A DNA stretch of 64,000 bases from the human T2T-CHM13v2.0 reference genome, Homo sapiens: the NCBI RefSeq assembly GCF_009914755.1, contig NC_060931.1. One strand, written 5' to 3'. Below the pieces are notes generated by a model. That model searched no databases, had not been told where the DNA came from, and saw only the letters and a program-made list of their open reading frames with translations. This document shows positions 29,425 to 44,282 of this stretch, in pieces (within the stretch, counting starts at the first letter, position 1; each line of letters begins with the position of its first letter). The position numbers and the translations under genes were made by a program.

Positions 29425-30446
29425 TTACAATTTGGCATGTTTTTGCAGTGGCTGGTACTGGTTGTTCCTTTCCATGTTTAGTGCTTCCTTCAGGAGCTCT
29501 TTTAGGGCAGGCCTGGTGGTGACAAAATCTCTCAGCATTTGCTTGTCTGTAAAGTATTTTATTTCTCCTTCACTTATGAAGCTTACTTTGGCTGGATATG
29601 AAATTCTGGGTTGAAAATTCTGTTCTTTAAGAATGTTGAATATTGGCCCCCACTCTCTTCTGGCTTGTAGAGTTTCTGCCAAGAGATCCGCTGTTAGTCT
29701 GATGGGCTTCCCTTTGTGAGTATCCCAACCTTTCTCTCTGGCTGCCCTTAACATTTTTTCCTTCATTTCAACTTTGGTGAATCTGACAATTATGTGTCTT
29801 GGAGTTGCTCTTCTTGAGGAGTATCTTTGTTGCATTCTCTGTATTTCTTGAATTTGAATGTTGGCCTGCCTTGCTAAGTTGGGGAAGTTCTCCTGCATAA
29901 TATCCTGCAGAGTGTTTTCCAACTTGGTTCCATTCTCCCTGTCACTTTCAGGTATACTAATCAGATGTAGATTTGGTCTTTTCACACAGTCCCATATTTC
30001 TTGGAGTCTTTATTGCTTCTTACTCTTTTTTCTCTAAACTTCTCTTCTTGCTTCATTTCATTCATTTGATCTTCAATCACTGATACTCTTTCTTCCAGTT
30101 GATCAAATCGGCTACTGAAGCTTGTGCATTCGTCACGTAGTTCTTGTGCCATGGTTTTCAACTCCATCAGGGTTTCAACTGCATCAGGTCATTCTCTACA
30201 CTGGTTATTCTAGTTAGCCATTCGTCTAATCTTTTTTCAAGGTTTTTAGCTTCTTTGCAATGGGTTCAAACTTCCTCCTTTAGCCTGGAGAAGTTTGATC
30301 GTCTGAAGACTTCTTCTCTCAACTCGCCAAAGTCATTCTCCATCCATCTTTGTTCTGTTGCTGGTGAGGAGCTGCGTTCCTTTGGAGGGGGAGAGGCACT
30401 CTGATTTTTAGAATTTTCAGCTTTTCTGCTCTATTTTTTTCCCCAA
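29425..30446 (-). pseudogene. Disrupted L1 ORF1
   Basis: Pieces 29982-30167 and 29425-29985 (RATPRHIIVRF...QPLQKHAKL*); start codon appears mutated ATG>TTG at 30444-30446. Confidence 0.93.
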
Positions 30447-31020
30447 CTTTGTGGTTTTATCTACCTTTCGTCTTTGATGATAGTGACGTACAGATGGGGT
30501 TTTGGTGTGGTTGTCCTTTCTGTTTGTTAGTTTTCCTTCTAACAATCAGGACCCTCAGCTGCAGGTCTGTTGGAGTTTGCTAGAGGTCCACTCCAGACCC
30601 TATTTGCCTGGGTATCAGCAGTGGAGGCTGCCGAACAGCAGGTATTGCTAAACAGCAAATGTTGCTGCCCCATCGTTCCTCTGGAAGTTTCATCTCAGAG
30701 GGTACCTGGCCATGTGAGGTGTCAGTCTGCCCCTACTGGGGGATGCCTCCCAGTTAGGCTACTCGGGGGTCAGGGACCCACTTGAGGAGGCAGTCTGTCC
30801 GCTGTCAGATCTCAAACCCCGTGCTGGGAGAACCACTACTCTCTTCAGAGCTGTCAGACATGGACATTTAAGTCTGCAGAGGTTTCTGCCACCTTTTGTT
30901 CAGCTATGCCCAGCCCCCAGAGGTGGAGTCTACAAAGGCAGGTAGGCCTCCTTGAGCTGCGGTGGTCTCCACCAAGTTCGAGCTTCTTGGCCACTTTGTT
31001 TACCTATTCAAGCCTCAGCA

Positions 31021-31527
31021 ATGGCAGGCGCCCCTCCCCCAGCCTTGCTGCTGCCTTGCAGTTGGATCTCAGAATGCTGTGCTAGCAATGAGCAAGGCTC
31101 TGTGGGCATGGGACCCTCTGAGCCAGGTGCAGGATATAATCTCCTGGTGTGCAGTTTTCTAAGTCCATTGGAAAAGTGCAGTATTAGGGTGGGAGTGACC
31201 CGATTTTCCAGGTGCCATCTGTCACAGCTTCCCTTGGCTAGGAAAGGGAATTCCCTGACCCCTTGTGCTTCCCTGGTGAGGCGATGCCTCGCCCTGCTTC
31301 AGCTCATGCTTGGTGCACTGCACCCACTGTCCTGCACCCACTGTCCAACAAGCCCCAGTGAAATGAACCCGGTACCTCAGTTGGAAATGCAGAAATCACC
31401 CATCTTCTGTGTTGCTCATGCTGGGAGCTGTAGACTGGAGCCGTTCCTATTTGGCCATCTTGGAGCCACCTTGGCAAAGTATAGTTTTCAAGTTGAATTT
31501 TCCCTCTCACAATACCAGCCTTCTTAA
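31021..31527 (+). CDS. L1 antisense ORF0 homologue, open for 168 aa and ending in flanking DNA (expression unknown)
   Basis: MAGAPPPALLLPCSWISECCASN...IRVGVTRFSRC matches ORF0; context gcaATGG; stop at 31525-31527 lies beyond the TSD. Confidence 0.5.
   Translation: MAGAPPPALLLPCSWISECCASNEQGSVGMGPSEPGAGYNLLVCSFLSPLEKCSIRVGVTRFSRCHLSQLPLARKGNSLTPCASLVRRCLALLQLMLGALHPLSCTHCPTSPSEMNPVPQLEMQKSPIFCVAHAGSCRLEPFLFGHLGATLAKYSFQVEFSLSQYQPS
31453..31462 (-). promoter_or_regulatory. YY1 site of the L1 sense promoter
   Basis: CAAGATGGCC on minus, ~10 nt inside the L1 5' end. Confidence 0.8.
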
Positions 31528-32340
31528 AAAGGCCAAAGGTACTGTCACACATTCTCATTTAACATCCCTATGCAGAGAAGTAGAAAGTGAGAGGAAATGA
31601 GGAAAGATGAAGCAAATTAAAAGATTTGATAAAAATATTTTGATAAAAGATAAAAAGTCACAAATCTAATTTCAAGAGTTAAAAGCTGAAGAGTATAGCA
31701 AAAATCACATAATTAAATCACTAAAAATCATTTTTTAAAAACCCTTTAAAATAATCAAAGAAAAAGGATACATTATATATTAAGGAACAAAGATAAGAAT
31801 TACATAAAACTTCTGGTCAGAAACATTGAAAGCCAGAAGACAGTGGAAAGGATAAAAATAAACCTAACCTAGAATTCCACACCTAGCAAAAATCTCTACC
31901 AAAAAAAAAAGAAGGTGAAATAATGACTTGATAAACACAAACAGATGTAATTCATTGCCAGCAGACATGCACTGCAAGAAATACTTAGAATAGCCTTGTG
32001 GAAAGAAGGAAACTAATTCCAGAGGAAAATTTTGATGTATAATTAAGCATGAAGAACACTGGAAATAATACGTAAACATGAAAGCTTTTGAAATTTTTGA
32101 AAACCCTTTAAAAGAAAATAAGTTGGTTAAATCAAAATTCAAAACACTATATTATGTGATTTAGACCACATGCAGAAACAAAATACATTGGTGCACAAAG
32201 GCTAGCAAAGGGGAAACGAAAGTATTTGTCGTAAAATCCTTATACTATATATGAAATGGTACAATGTTTGAAAATAGACTGTGCTGGATTAAAGATACAA
32301 TTTTATACCCTAGAACAACCATTAAAAATAGTATACTTGA

Positions 32341-32644
<304 letters not shown>

Positions 32645-32667
32645 AAAAATAGTATACTTGATAAGGT

Positions 32668-32958
<291 letters not shown>

Positions 32959-35236
32959 AAAAATAGTATAATTGATAAGCCTATAATGTAGATAAAATGA
33001 AATAAATTATTTAATTCAAAAGATAAGAAAAAAGAACAGAGAACCAATGGAACAGAAAAAAATAGCAAGACCTATTTAAACCCACGCATATTGATAATCC
33101 ATTAAATGTAAATTGTCTAACTCTACAATTAAAAAGGGAAAGATGATCAGATTGGATTAAAATTTTAAAAGCAAGACCCACCTAAATGCTGGATACAACA
33201 ACCCCACTTTAAATATAAAGAGACTAATAGATAAAATGTAAAAAGATGGTAAAAGATATGCCATGTTATCACTAATCAAAACAAAGTTGGAGTGTTTAAA
33301 TTAATATCAGATTAAGTAGATTTCAAAGTAAACAATATTACTAAAGTAATATTTTGCTTCAAAGTAAATAAAGCAAAACCTGATACAACTAAAAGAAGTG
33401 AAAGACAAATCCATAATTATAGTTGAAAATTTCTAAACCCCCCTCTCAATGATAGAAAAATTGGACCAAAAAAGAAAGATCAGTATGGATATGAAAGACC
33501 TGAATAGCACCAACAAGTTTGCTTAAATGACATTTCTAAAAGACTCTACCAACATTATCAAGATACATGTTCTATTAAAGTGCATATAGAACATTTACTA
33601 AGATACACCAGATTCTGGGCTATAAAACAGGTTCCAATAAGATGAAAAGAACAAAATATATTCTCTGACCAAAACTGAATTAAATTAGAAATACACAACA
33701 GAAAAACATTTGAAATTCCTATCTTTTTTGTAATTTCCAAGAAATCCAAAGGTCAAAGAAATCAAAGGAAATTGTAAAATATTTTGAATTTAATAAAAAT
33801 GCAAGCACAACATATCAAAATTTATGAGATTCAACTAAAGCAGTGTTTAGAGGAAAATTTACAGCACTTATAGATAAAAGAAGATTTCAAATCAATGATC
33901 TAATCTTCCTTCTAATTATTTTTAGAAACTAAAAAGATGAACAAATTAAACTCCCAATAGGCAGAATTATGAAAATAATAAAGATCAAAATAATAAACAG
34001 TAAAATAATAAAGAAGCAATAAAACCAAAGGTTGGTTCCTTGAAAATTTCAAACAAGCTGATAAAGTCTGTCCAGAAAAATCAAAAGACAGAGAAAGGAG
34101 GAGATAGAGAAACACAAATAACCATAATCAGGAAAGAGGAAATATCACTACATAACCTACAGATGTTAAAATAATAAGGGAAAGTGATGAACTTTATGTC
34201 AATAATTTTGGACACTTGATGAAATATTTAAATCCCTTAAAATACATGATCTACAAAAGCTCACTGAAAAAGAAAAAAGTAATCTAAATAGTCCTGTATT
34301 TACTAAGGAAAATAAATTAATGGTTTCAAAACTTCTCACAAAGAAAAGTCCTAACTCATTTGGCTTCACTTATGAATTCTACCAAACACTTAAGAAATAA
34401 TGTTATATATACTGCAACTCTTCCAGAAAATAAGAGGGGACATGTCCCCATTCATTCTATGAGAATATCATTACCCTAATACCAAAACTACATAAAGTCA
34501 TCCAATAAAAAAAGACCAATATTTCCCACAAGAGACACAAAATTCCTTAAAAGTTTAGCCAACTGAAACTAACTATGCATAAAAAAATTATCACTGCCAC
34601 ATTGGCTTTACTCTGAAACACAAGGTCTTACATTCATAAATTAATCAATATAGTTCATGAATTCCAGAGCCTACAAAAGGAAATGCCATATAAAAATACC
34701 ATTTAAATAACATATATAGAAAAGCCCCTCCACAAAATTCAACAACCAATTGTGATAAAAATTTATCTGCAAACTAGGAATAGAAGGGGACTCCCTGATA
34801 CTAAGAAAGGGCATCTATGAAAAACCTACTGCTAACTTCATGCTAAATGGTTATAGATGGAGTGCTTTCCTCCTAAGTTCAAGAACAAGCCCATTTCCAT
34901 TCTACACTATTGTGGAGGTCCTATCCAGTACATATGTAAGAAAGAAAATCAAATATATATGAATTGGGAAAACAAATTATCCCTCTTTTTATTCACAGAA
35001 TATATGATAGTCTATGTAGAAAAATCTGTGGAATATACCCCCCCCCAAAAAAAAACACTCCATTATAATTAGTGAGTTTAACAAGTTTGTAAAATGCAGA
35101 ATCAACATTTTATAATCTACTGTATTTCTATATGCTAACAATGAATAATTGGAAATTTAAATTTAAAACAAAGCATTTACAGTAGCACCAGAAATTACCA
35201 AGTATTTAGGGATAAACTTAAAATATTTACAAGGTT

Positions 35237-38200
35237 GGGGGAAGGGCCTAGATGGTCAATTAGAAGCAGCTTCTGTCTACAGCTCCCACTGAGAAGAAAG
35301 AAAATGGTGAGTGAATCCTGCTCCATCAACTGAGGTATCCAGGTTCTGTCAATGAGACTGACTAGGTGGTTGACCCACACAAAGAGAGGAAAAGCAGAGT
35401 GGAGCAATGACCTGAGAGCTGCAGGGGATAAGGGGAGCTCCCACACCAAGCCAAGGGAGGTGGTGAGTGACTATGCTACCCCACCTGGGAAACCACACTT
35501 TTTCCATGGATCTGTAAATCCCATGGATCAGAAGATCCCCTTGTAAGCCTATGCCACCAGAGCCTTGGGTCCCAAACAGAGAGCTGTGCAATCTGCTCGA
35601 GTTGCAGCTAGCAGCAGCAGGCTAGACACAGCCTAAGATGACCATGTTCCTGTGAGGAGGGGTGGCTGCCATCACTGCACCTCCAGTCGCCATTTTCCCC
35701 CTGCTGGTGTTGGGGAGACTGGGTGGTTTGGACTGAGAGGAATTCCCAATAGTACGGCACAGTGGCTGTGGCAGATTGTGGCCAGGCTGTTTCTTTAGGT
35801 GGGACCCAGATCCATCCCTCCTCACCAGGCAGGGCCTCCATGCAGAAATTGCAACAACTCCAGCTAGGGGTTTACAGACGGAACTTTGATATCCCTGGGA
35901 AGGAGCCCCTGGGGGAAGGGGCAGACATGGTTTCACAGTTCAGTGGATCTCACAGTTGACATGTATTTGTAAAGAGCTATGACAGTTCTGGGATTTTATA
36001 CTACCAGCAAACTGACAAGTTAGCTCCCCACCCCTCACCAGTTTCATGGATTCTGACAGAAGACACGCCTGCTGGCAGTCCAGACAAGGGGGGATTCTCT
36101 CCAACACAGCCAAACCTGCTCAGCCAATGGGCAGCCAGACGGTCCCTGATCCTGTGCCTCCTGACTGGGTGAGACCTCCCAATGGGGGTCGCTAGACACC
36201 TCATACAAGAGTGTTCCAGCTGGCATCAGCTTGGTGCCCCTCTGAGACAGAACTCCCAGAGGGAAGAGCAAGCAGCAATCTTTGCTGTTCTGCAGCCTTC
36301 ACTGATACCTCCAGGTATGGGAGGAACTCAAGTAAATTGGGTCTGGAGTGGTCACCCAGTAAACCACAGCTGCCCTGTGGAAGAGGGGCCTGACTGTTTA
36401 AAGAAAAACAAACAGAAAGCAACCACAACAACATCAACAAAAAAGACCCTACAAAAACCCTGTCCAATGGTCAGCAGCCTCAAAGATCGAAGGTAGATAA
36501 ACCCACAAAGATAAGAAAGAACGCAAAAACACTGAAAACTCAAAAAGCTCGAGTACCTCTTCTCCTCCAAATGATTTCAATACTTCTCAAGCAAGGGCAC
36601 AGAACTAGGCTGAGACTGAGATGAATAAATTGACAAAAATAAACATCAGAAGGTAGGTAAACAAACTTCACTGAACTAAAAGGGTATGTTCTAACCCAAT
36701 GCACAGAAGCTAAGAACCATGATAAAGCAGTAAAGGAGCTGTTACCCAGAATAACCAGTTTAGAGAGGAACATAACCAACCCAATGGAGCTGACAAACAA
36801 AACACAAGAACTTCATGGTGCAACCACAAGTATCAATAGCCAAATAGACCAAATGGAAGAAAGAATTTCAGAGACTGAAGACTATCTTGCTGAAATAAGG
36901 CAGGCAGCAAGGTTAGAGAAAAAAGAATGAAAAGGAATGAACAAAACCTCTGAGAACTATGGGATTATGTAAAAAGACTGAACCTACAATGGATTGGGCT
37001 ACCTGAAAGAGATGAGGAGATTGAAACCAAGTTGGAAAACATGCTTCAGGATGTCATCCAGGAAAACTTTCCCATCTTAGCAAGACAGACCAACATTCAA
37101 ATTCAGGGAATCCAGAGAACCCAAGTAAGACACTCCATGAGAAGGTCAACCCCAAGACACATAATCATCAGGTTCTCCAAGGTCAAGATGAAGGAAAAAA
37201 TGTTAAGGGCAGCCACAGAGAAGATCAGGTAAGGCCAGGTCACCTACAAAGGGAAACCCATCAAATAGCAGACACCTCAGTGGAAACCCTACAAGTCAGA
37301 AGAGATTGGGGGCCAATATTCAACATTCTTAAGAATTTCGAACCCAGAATTTCATATCTGGCCAAACTAAGCTTCATAAGCAAAGGAGAAATAAGATCCT
37401 TTTCAGTCAAGCAAATGCCGAGGGAATTCGTCACCACCAGGCCCACCTTGCAAGAGCTCCTGAAGGAAGCGCCAAATATGGAAAAGAAAAACCATTACCA
37501 GCCACTACAAAAACACACTGAAGTTCACCAACCAATGACACTATGAAGCAACTACATTAACAAGTCTTCAAAATAACCAGCAAGCATCATGATGACGGAA
37601 TCAAATTCACACGTAACGATATTAACCTTAAATGAAAATGGACTAAATGCTCTGATTAAAAGACACAGAATGGCAAGCTGGATAAAAAGACAAGACCCAT
37701 TGGTGTGCTGTATTCAAGAGACCCATCTCACATGCAAAGATACACATAGACTCAAAATAAAGAGATGGAGGAATATTTACCAAGCAAATGGAAACAGAAA
37801 AAGCAGGGGTTACAGTCTTAGTTTCCGACAAAACAGACTTTAAACCAACAAAGATCAAAAATGACAAAGAAGGGGATTACATAATGCTAAAGGGTTCAAT
37901 TCAACAAAAAGAACTAACCCAATACAGGAGCACCTATTTCATAAAACAAGTTCTTAGAGATCTACAAAGAAACATAGAATCCTACACAATAATAGTGGGT
38001 GACTTTAACACCCCACTGTCGATATTAGACAGATCATCAAGACTAAAAATGAACAAAGATATTCAGGATTGAACTCAGCTCTGGATCAAGTAGATATGAC
38101 AGACATTAACAGAACTCTCCACCCAAAAACATCATACACATTCTTCTTGGTGTCACATGGCACTTACTCTAAACTTGATCAAATAATTGGAAGTAAAACA

Positions 38201-39203
38201 CTCCTCAGCAAAAAGAACTGAAATCATAACAGTCTCTCAGATCTCAGTGCAATCAAATTAGAGCTCAAGAAATTCACTCAAACCACACAGCTACATGGGA
38301 ATTGAATAATCTGCTCCTGAATGATTCCTGTGTAAGTAATGAAATTAAGACAGATATCAAAAAGTTCTTTGAAACCAATGAGAACAGAGACAACATACCA
38401 GAATCTCTGGGATGCAGCTAAAGCATTGTTAAGAGGGAAATTTATAGCACTAAGTGCCCACATCAAAAAGCTAGAAAGATCTCAAATCAACATCCTTACA
38501 TCACAACTAAAACAACTAGAGAACCAAGAGCAAACAAACCCCAAAGCTAGAAGAATACAAGAAATAACCAAGATCAGAGTGGAACTTAAAAACCCTTCAA
38601 AAAGAATCAATGAATCCAGGAGCTGGTTTTTTGAAAAAAGTTAATAAAATAGATAGACTGCTAGCTGGCTAGACTAATAAAGAGAAGAATGAAATAGACA
38701 CAATACAAAATGACAAAGAGGATATTATCACCAACCCCACAGAAACACAAACTATCACAGAATATGATACACGCTTTAATGCAAATAAACTAGAAAATCT
38801 AGAAGAAATTGATATATTCCTGGACATTTACACTCTCTCAAGACTGAACCAGGAAAAACTTGAATCCCTGAATAGACCAATAATTAGTTCTGAAATTAAG
38901 GCAGTAATAAATAGCCTACCAACCAAAAAAAGCCCAGGACCAGACAGATTTACAGCTGAATTCAACCAGAGTTATAAAGAGGACCTGGCACTATTTCTTC
39001 TGAAATGATTCCAAACAACTAAAAAAGAGGGACTCCTCCCTAACTCATTTTATGAGGCCAGCATCATCCTTATACCAAAACCTGGCAGAGATAACGAAAA
39101 ATGAAAACTTCAGGCCAAACCACTATGGCACATGTTTTTATATGTAGCAAACCTGCACATCCTGCAAATGTACCCAGAAACTTAAAATTAAATTAAATTT
39201 TAA
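35237..39203 (+). mobile_element. L1PA11-13-like element with complete 5' end and a ~2.4 kb internal deletion
   Basis: Perfect 17-bp TSD aaaatatttacaaggtt (35220-35236, 39204-39220); 5' UTR, decayed ORF1, ORF2 start MTESNSHVTILTLN at ~37590; jumps from ENFRP to the last ~80 bp of the 3' UTR at ~39117. Confidence 0.93.
35959..36065 (+). repeat. 107-bp direct copy of 39982-40088
   Basis: acatgtatttgtaaagagctatgacag...agaagaca; 3 mismatches, no gaps, by eye. Confidence 0.95.
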
Positions 39204-39990
39204 AAAATATTTACAAGGTTTATAAGTGGTAAATATAAATCATTACATAGAGAAATTAAAGACCTAAAGAAATTAAGAAACACATTGTGTTAACAAATCA
39301 AAACAGAGTATTGTGAAGAAGTCATTTTTCCCCAAATAGATCTAACAATCCCAATAAAATAGATCAACACAATCCCAATAAAAACTCCAGAAACCTTTTG
39401 TAGAAACTGTCAAGCTGATTCTCAAATATCTAAGGAAATGCAAATGATCTAAAATACCCAAAATACTTTCCAAAAAAGAAGAAAGTTATAGGACTTCTAC
39501 AACCTGATTCCAAGACTTTATTATAAAGCTTCAGCAATCAAGATAGCATGACTTAAAGATATAGATTAAGGAAACAGAATAGAAAATATGTAAACAGACC
39601 TATCTATGTTTAAGCAATTCATTTTTGACAAAGGTGCCAGGGAAATTCAATGGAGAAGAGAGAATCTTTTCAACAAGTGGTGCTGGAATAATTACATATC
39701 CCTAAGTGAAAAAAGTATATACAACATAAACCTCACACTGTATATAAAAATTAACTTAAATGACTCATGATCCTAAAGTTGTAACACTTCTAGAAGAAAA
39801 CAGGGAAAAAAAATTTTGTCCTTAGGTTAGGCAAAGATTTATCATAGGGGACAAGAAGCAAGAACAGAAAAAAATAATCCCAATAAATTAGAGTTCACAA
39901 AAATTTAAATAGTTTGCTGCTCAAAGCCACTGTTTAAAAAATGAAAGGCAAGCCACAAGCTGGGAGAAAAATTTGTGGAAAACATGTATT

Positions 39991-40450
39991 TGTAAAGAGC
40001 TATGACAGTTCTGGGATTTTATACTACCAGCAAACTGACAAGTTAGCTCCCCACCGCCCACCAGTTTCATGGATTCTGGCAGAAGACATGAGATTCCTGA
40101 GTCACAGACAAAGGACTTTATTACTCACAGTAGTGGGGATGGTGAGATGTACGTGTGTGACTGGCCCCGATAGATGCTGCACATGCAGTAGATTTGTCTT
40201 GCCACTGAGTAACTCCAAGCTTAATAGCCCAGTCTTATTTAAGGCCTGCAAGAAAACAAGGGAGATATCTATTATCTTGGACACCAAATATATCTTCTCT
40301 TTCCCAAAAGGAAAACAATATCTCAATTATCCAAGGCTTTTTTGCTATACAAACTCCTTTGAAAAGATAGTCTAGAACAATAGTTGTCAATGTCCCTGCT
40401 CACAATATGTGCAGAAATATGAGAGATCCATAAAGAGTTATCTCCAAACA
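39991..40450 (-). mobile_element. Old ERVL-class solo LTR (LTR53/MER76-like; family uncertain)
   Basis: TG...CA termini; interrupts collinear L1; minus 5' end tgtttggagataactctttatggatctctc; AGTAATAAAG poly(A)-signal region near 40120. Confidence 0.7.
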
Positions 40451-40913
40451 GTAAAGAACAGGTGTGCAGAGAATATAAAGAACTCTCTAAACTCAATAAC
40501 AAGACTAACAAGCCACAATTTTAACAAAATAGTTGAATAGACACACTTCAAAAAAAGATGCTGATGGAAAACAGCATATGAAAAAGTATTCAATGTCATT
40601 ATTGTTAAATATAAATTAAAACTCCAATGCAATGTCCCAACACACCCTCTAGAATGACTAAAATTTAAAAAGATTGATAACAAGTGCTGTGGAGCAACTG
40701 GAAATCTCCAACACTGCTGGTGGGAATGCAAAGTGGTACAGACACTTTGGAGAACAGTTTGGCATTTTCTTATAAAGTCAGACTCATCCTTACCATCTAA
40801 CCCAGAAATTCCACTCATAAGTATTTACCCAAGATAAATGAAAACATATGTCCACACAAACATTTGTATGTTAGTGCTCATAGCAACTTTATTCATAATC
40901 GACAGAACCTGGA

Positions 40914-41022
40914 TGTTGGAAATTAATTCTCCATGTGTTTCCTGTGTTTCTACATGTGTTGCTAGTAGAGGCACTGATTGCCTTTGTTTCATACTATCTC
41001 TTTAAGCATGTGTACAGAGCAA
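40914..41022 (+). mobile_element. 5' fragment of a related LTR
   Basis: tgttggaaattaattctccatgtg...agaggcactgattgcctttgtttcatactatct is homologous to the 5' end of the 39991-40450 LTR. Confidence 0.6.
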
Positions 41023-41953
41023 TTTCTCTTTTAAAAAGGCAAGTTAAATTAAAAATATATGTAAAACATAAGCATTCAGGAAAATGTTATCAGAATTCAA
41101 GAGACCTGCCAGGCAATTTAACTCAGAGTTCTAGAGTCATCTTCACAACGATGAATTGCTGAAGGAAAAATAATCAGCAATCTCTTGCTTCTGTGCAGGT
41201 AGATGATTCTTCACAACCAGAAACTGAATGCTCACACCTAAGACTGGAACTATTTGCAGACTCAACATTGGGAAATAATCTTCACATGGAACTTTCCCCC
41301 TGCTTCCACAAGGATCTGCAAATAATTACAGCAGCACAGAAATGTCTATGCTTTTTTTCAGAATTGAGAAAGCTTTTTACCATCTCCATTTATTCTCCCT
41401 TGTGATAGAACTCTATTGATCATTAAAAATTAACAAGCCACCCAGTAACTTCATCCTGGTGTCTGACTTAAAACAAAAAGTTTCTTGCATGATTGAAACG
41501 GACATCTCTTGGGCATTTTGAAAAAACTGGATTGAAATTACAAAACTAATCTGGTAACACCATATTTTAGTTAGATATATAAACATAACACAGAAATTTA
41601 CACAACATCCTGCCCCAAGCACAAATATAATTCATTTTCTAATTCTGAAGAAAAATGAGATGAGTATGTAAAAATCATTCTTTACCTGAAATTATTGAAA
41701 TATATATGATGTACATATATGTGTGTACATATAATACTAGGATTTTATTATGCTAGGTAAGTTAAATAAGGTACTGCAAATTATTTGAAGAACTATTTGA
41801 TAAAAACTACATACTGTAGAATCTGAAAGAAAATAACTGCATAATTTGAAGTACCTAGTTGTAAAAGCAGAAACACCACAATCAACAGAAAAGGAGTATC
41901 TTAATTACCAAGGAGAAAGTCACTAATTGTTAATTTTTAAGGTAAAAGATTAA

Positions 41954-43495
<1,542 letters not shown>

Positions 43496-44282
43496 ATTAA
43501 CTTTTTTTTAAGTTGGAAAATAAGAATTGTTCTTCTCTTCAAAGTCTTTTATTTAAAGACCACGTATTATGATATAGTATACCATACCATGCAGGCATGA
43601 GCTCTACAGTCTAATGTGAAGGCCAAAGATAAGTACACAAATAACTATAGTTCTGAATATAATCCCCAAAATTCTGCAGGAGAGGTTGATACAAGGTAGT
43701 AGTCATTTCCGACAAGAGAAATCAAGGAAGGTGTAATGAAGGAGGTATTTGAGCTAGTCATTGAAGGATAGCTCAGCTCTCTGCAATGCTGCTGGACACA
43801 AAGGGCATTCCAGGTAAGAAAAAAAAAAAAAAGGCAGTAGGAACCAAGACATGGTGGGAATACATCATGAGTTTGTAATTAGATTGCAAAGGACATTGGT
43901 GACTTTTCCTCACTGGTGTCCAATTCTCTAATTTCATAGCATATAATGGACTGTTTCTGACACTCTTAAGAACAAGTCTTCCTGAATAGCTAATCCTTAT
44001 TTAATAATTATTACTGTGATATCTTTAAAACAAATCAAAGTTGTTATATCATTAATCCCATTGGTGAAGGTACGTTGTTATATGTAGTTCCAAAGCTGTT
44101 TGAGTGTTATTTATCTATAAATAAACAAAATTAACTAGGTAAATGAAAAATGTCAAATCTGTATAGGTATTGGAGGGAGGGAATATGGAGGCTATTAGGT
44201 ATTTTAAAGAGGTATTTTAATGATGAGTATATTGAAGTACATAAAGATTTAATGAAATGCTCAAATTTAATTATTTTTCATT

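Noticed and set aside
39941-40375. 144-aa ORF
   Set aside because: Spans an L1/LTR junction; chance frame in repeat DNA
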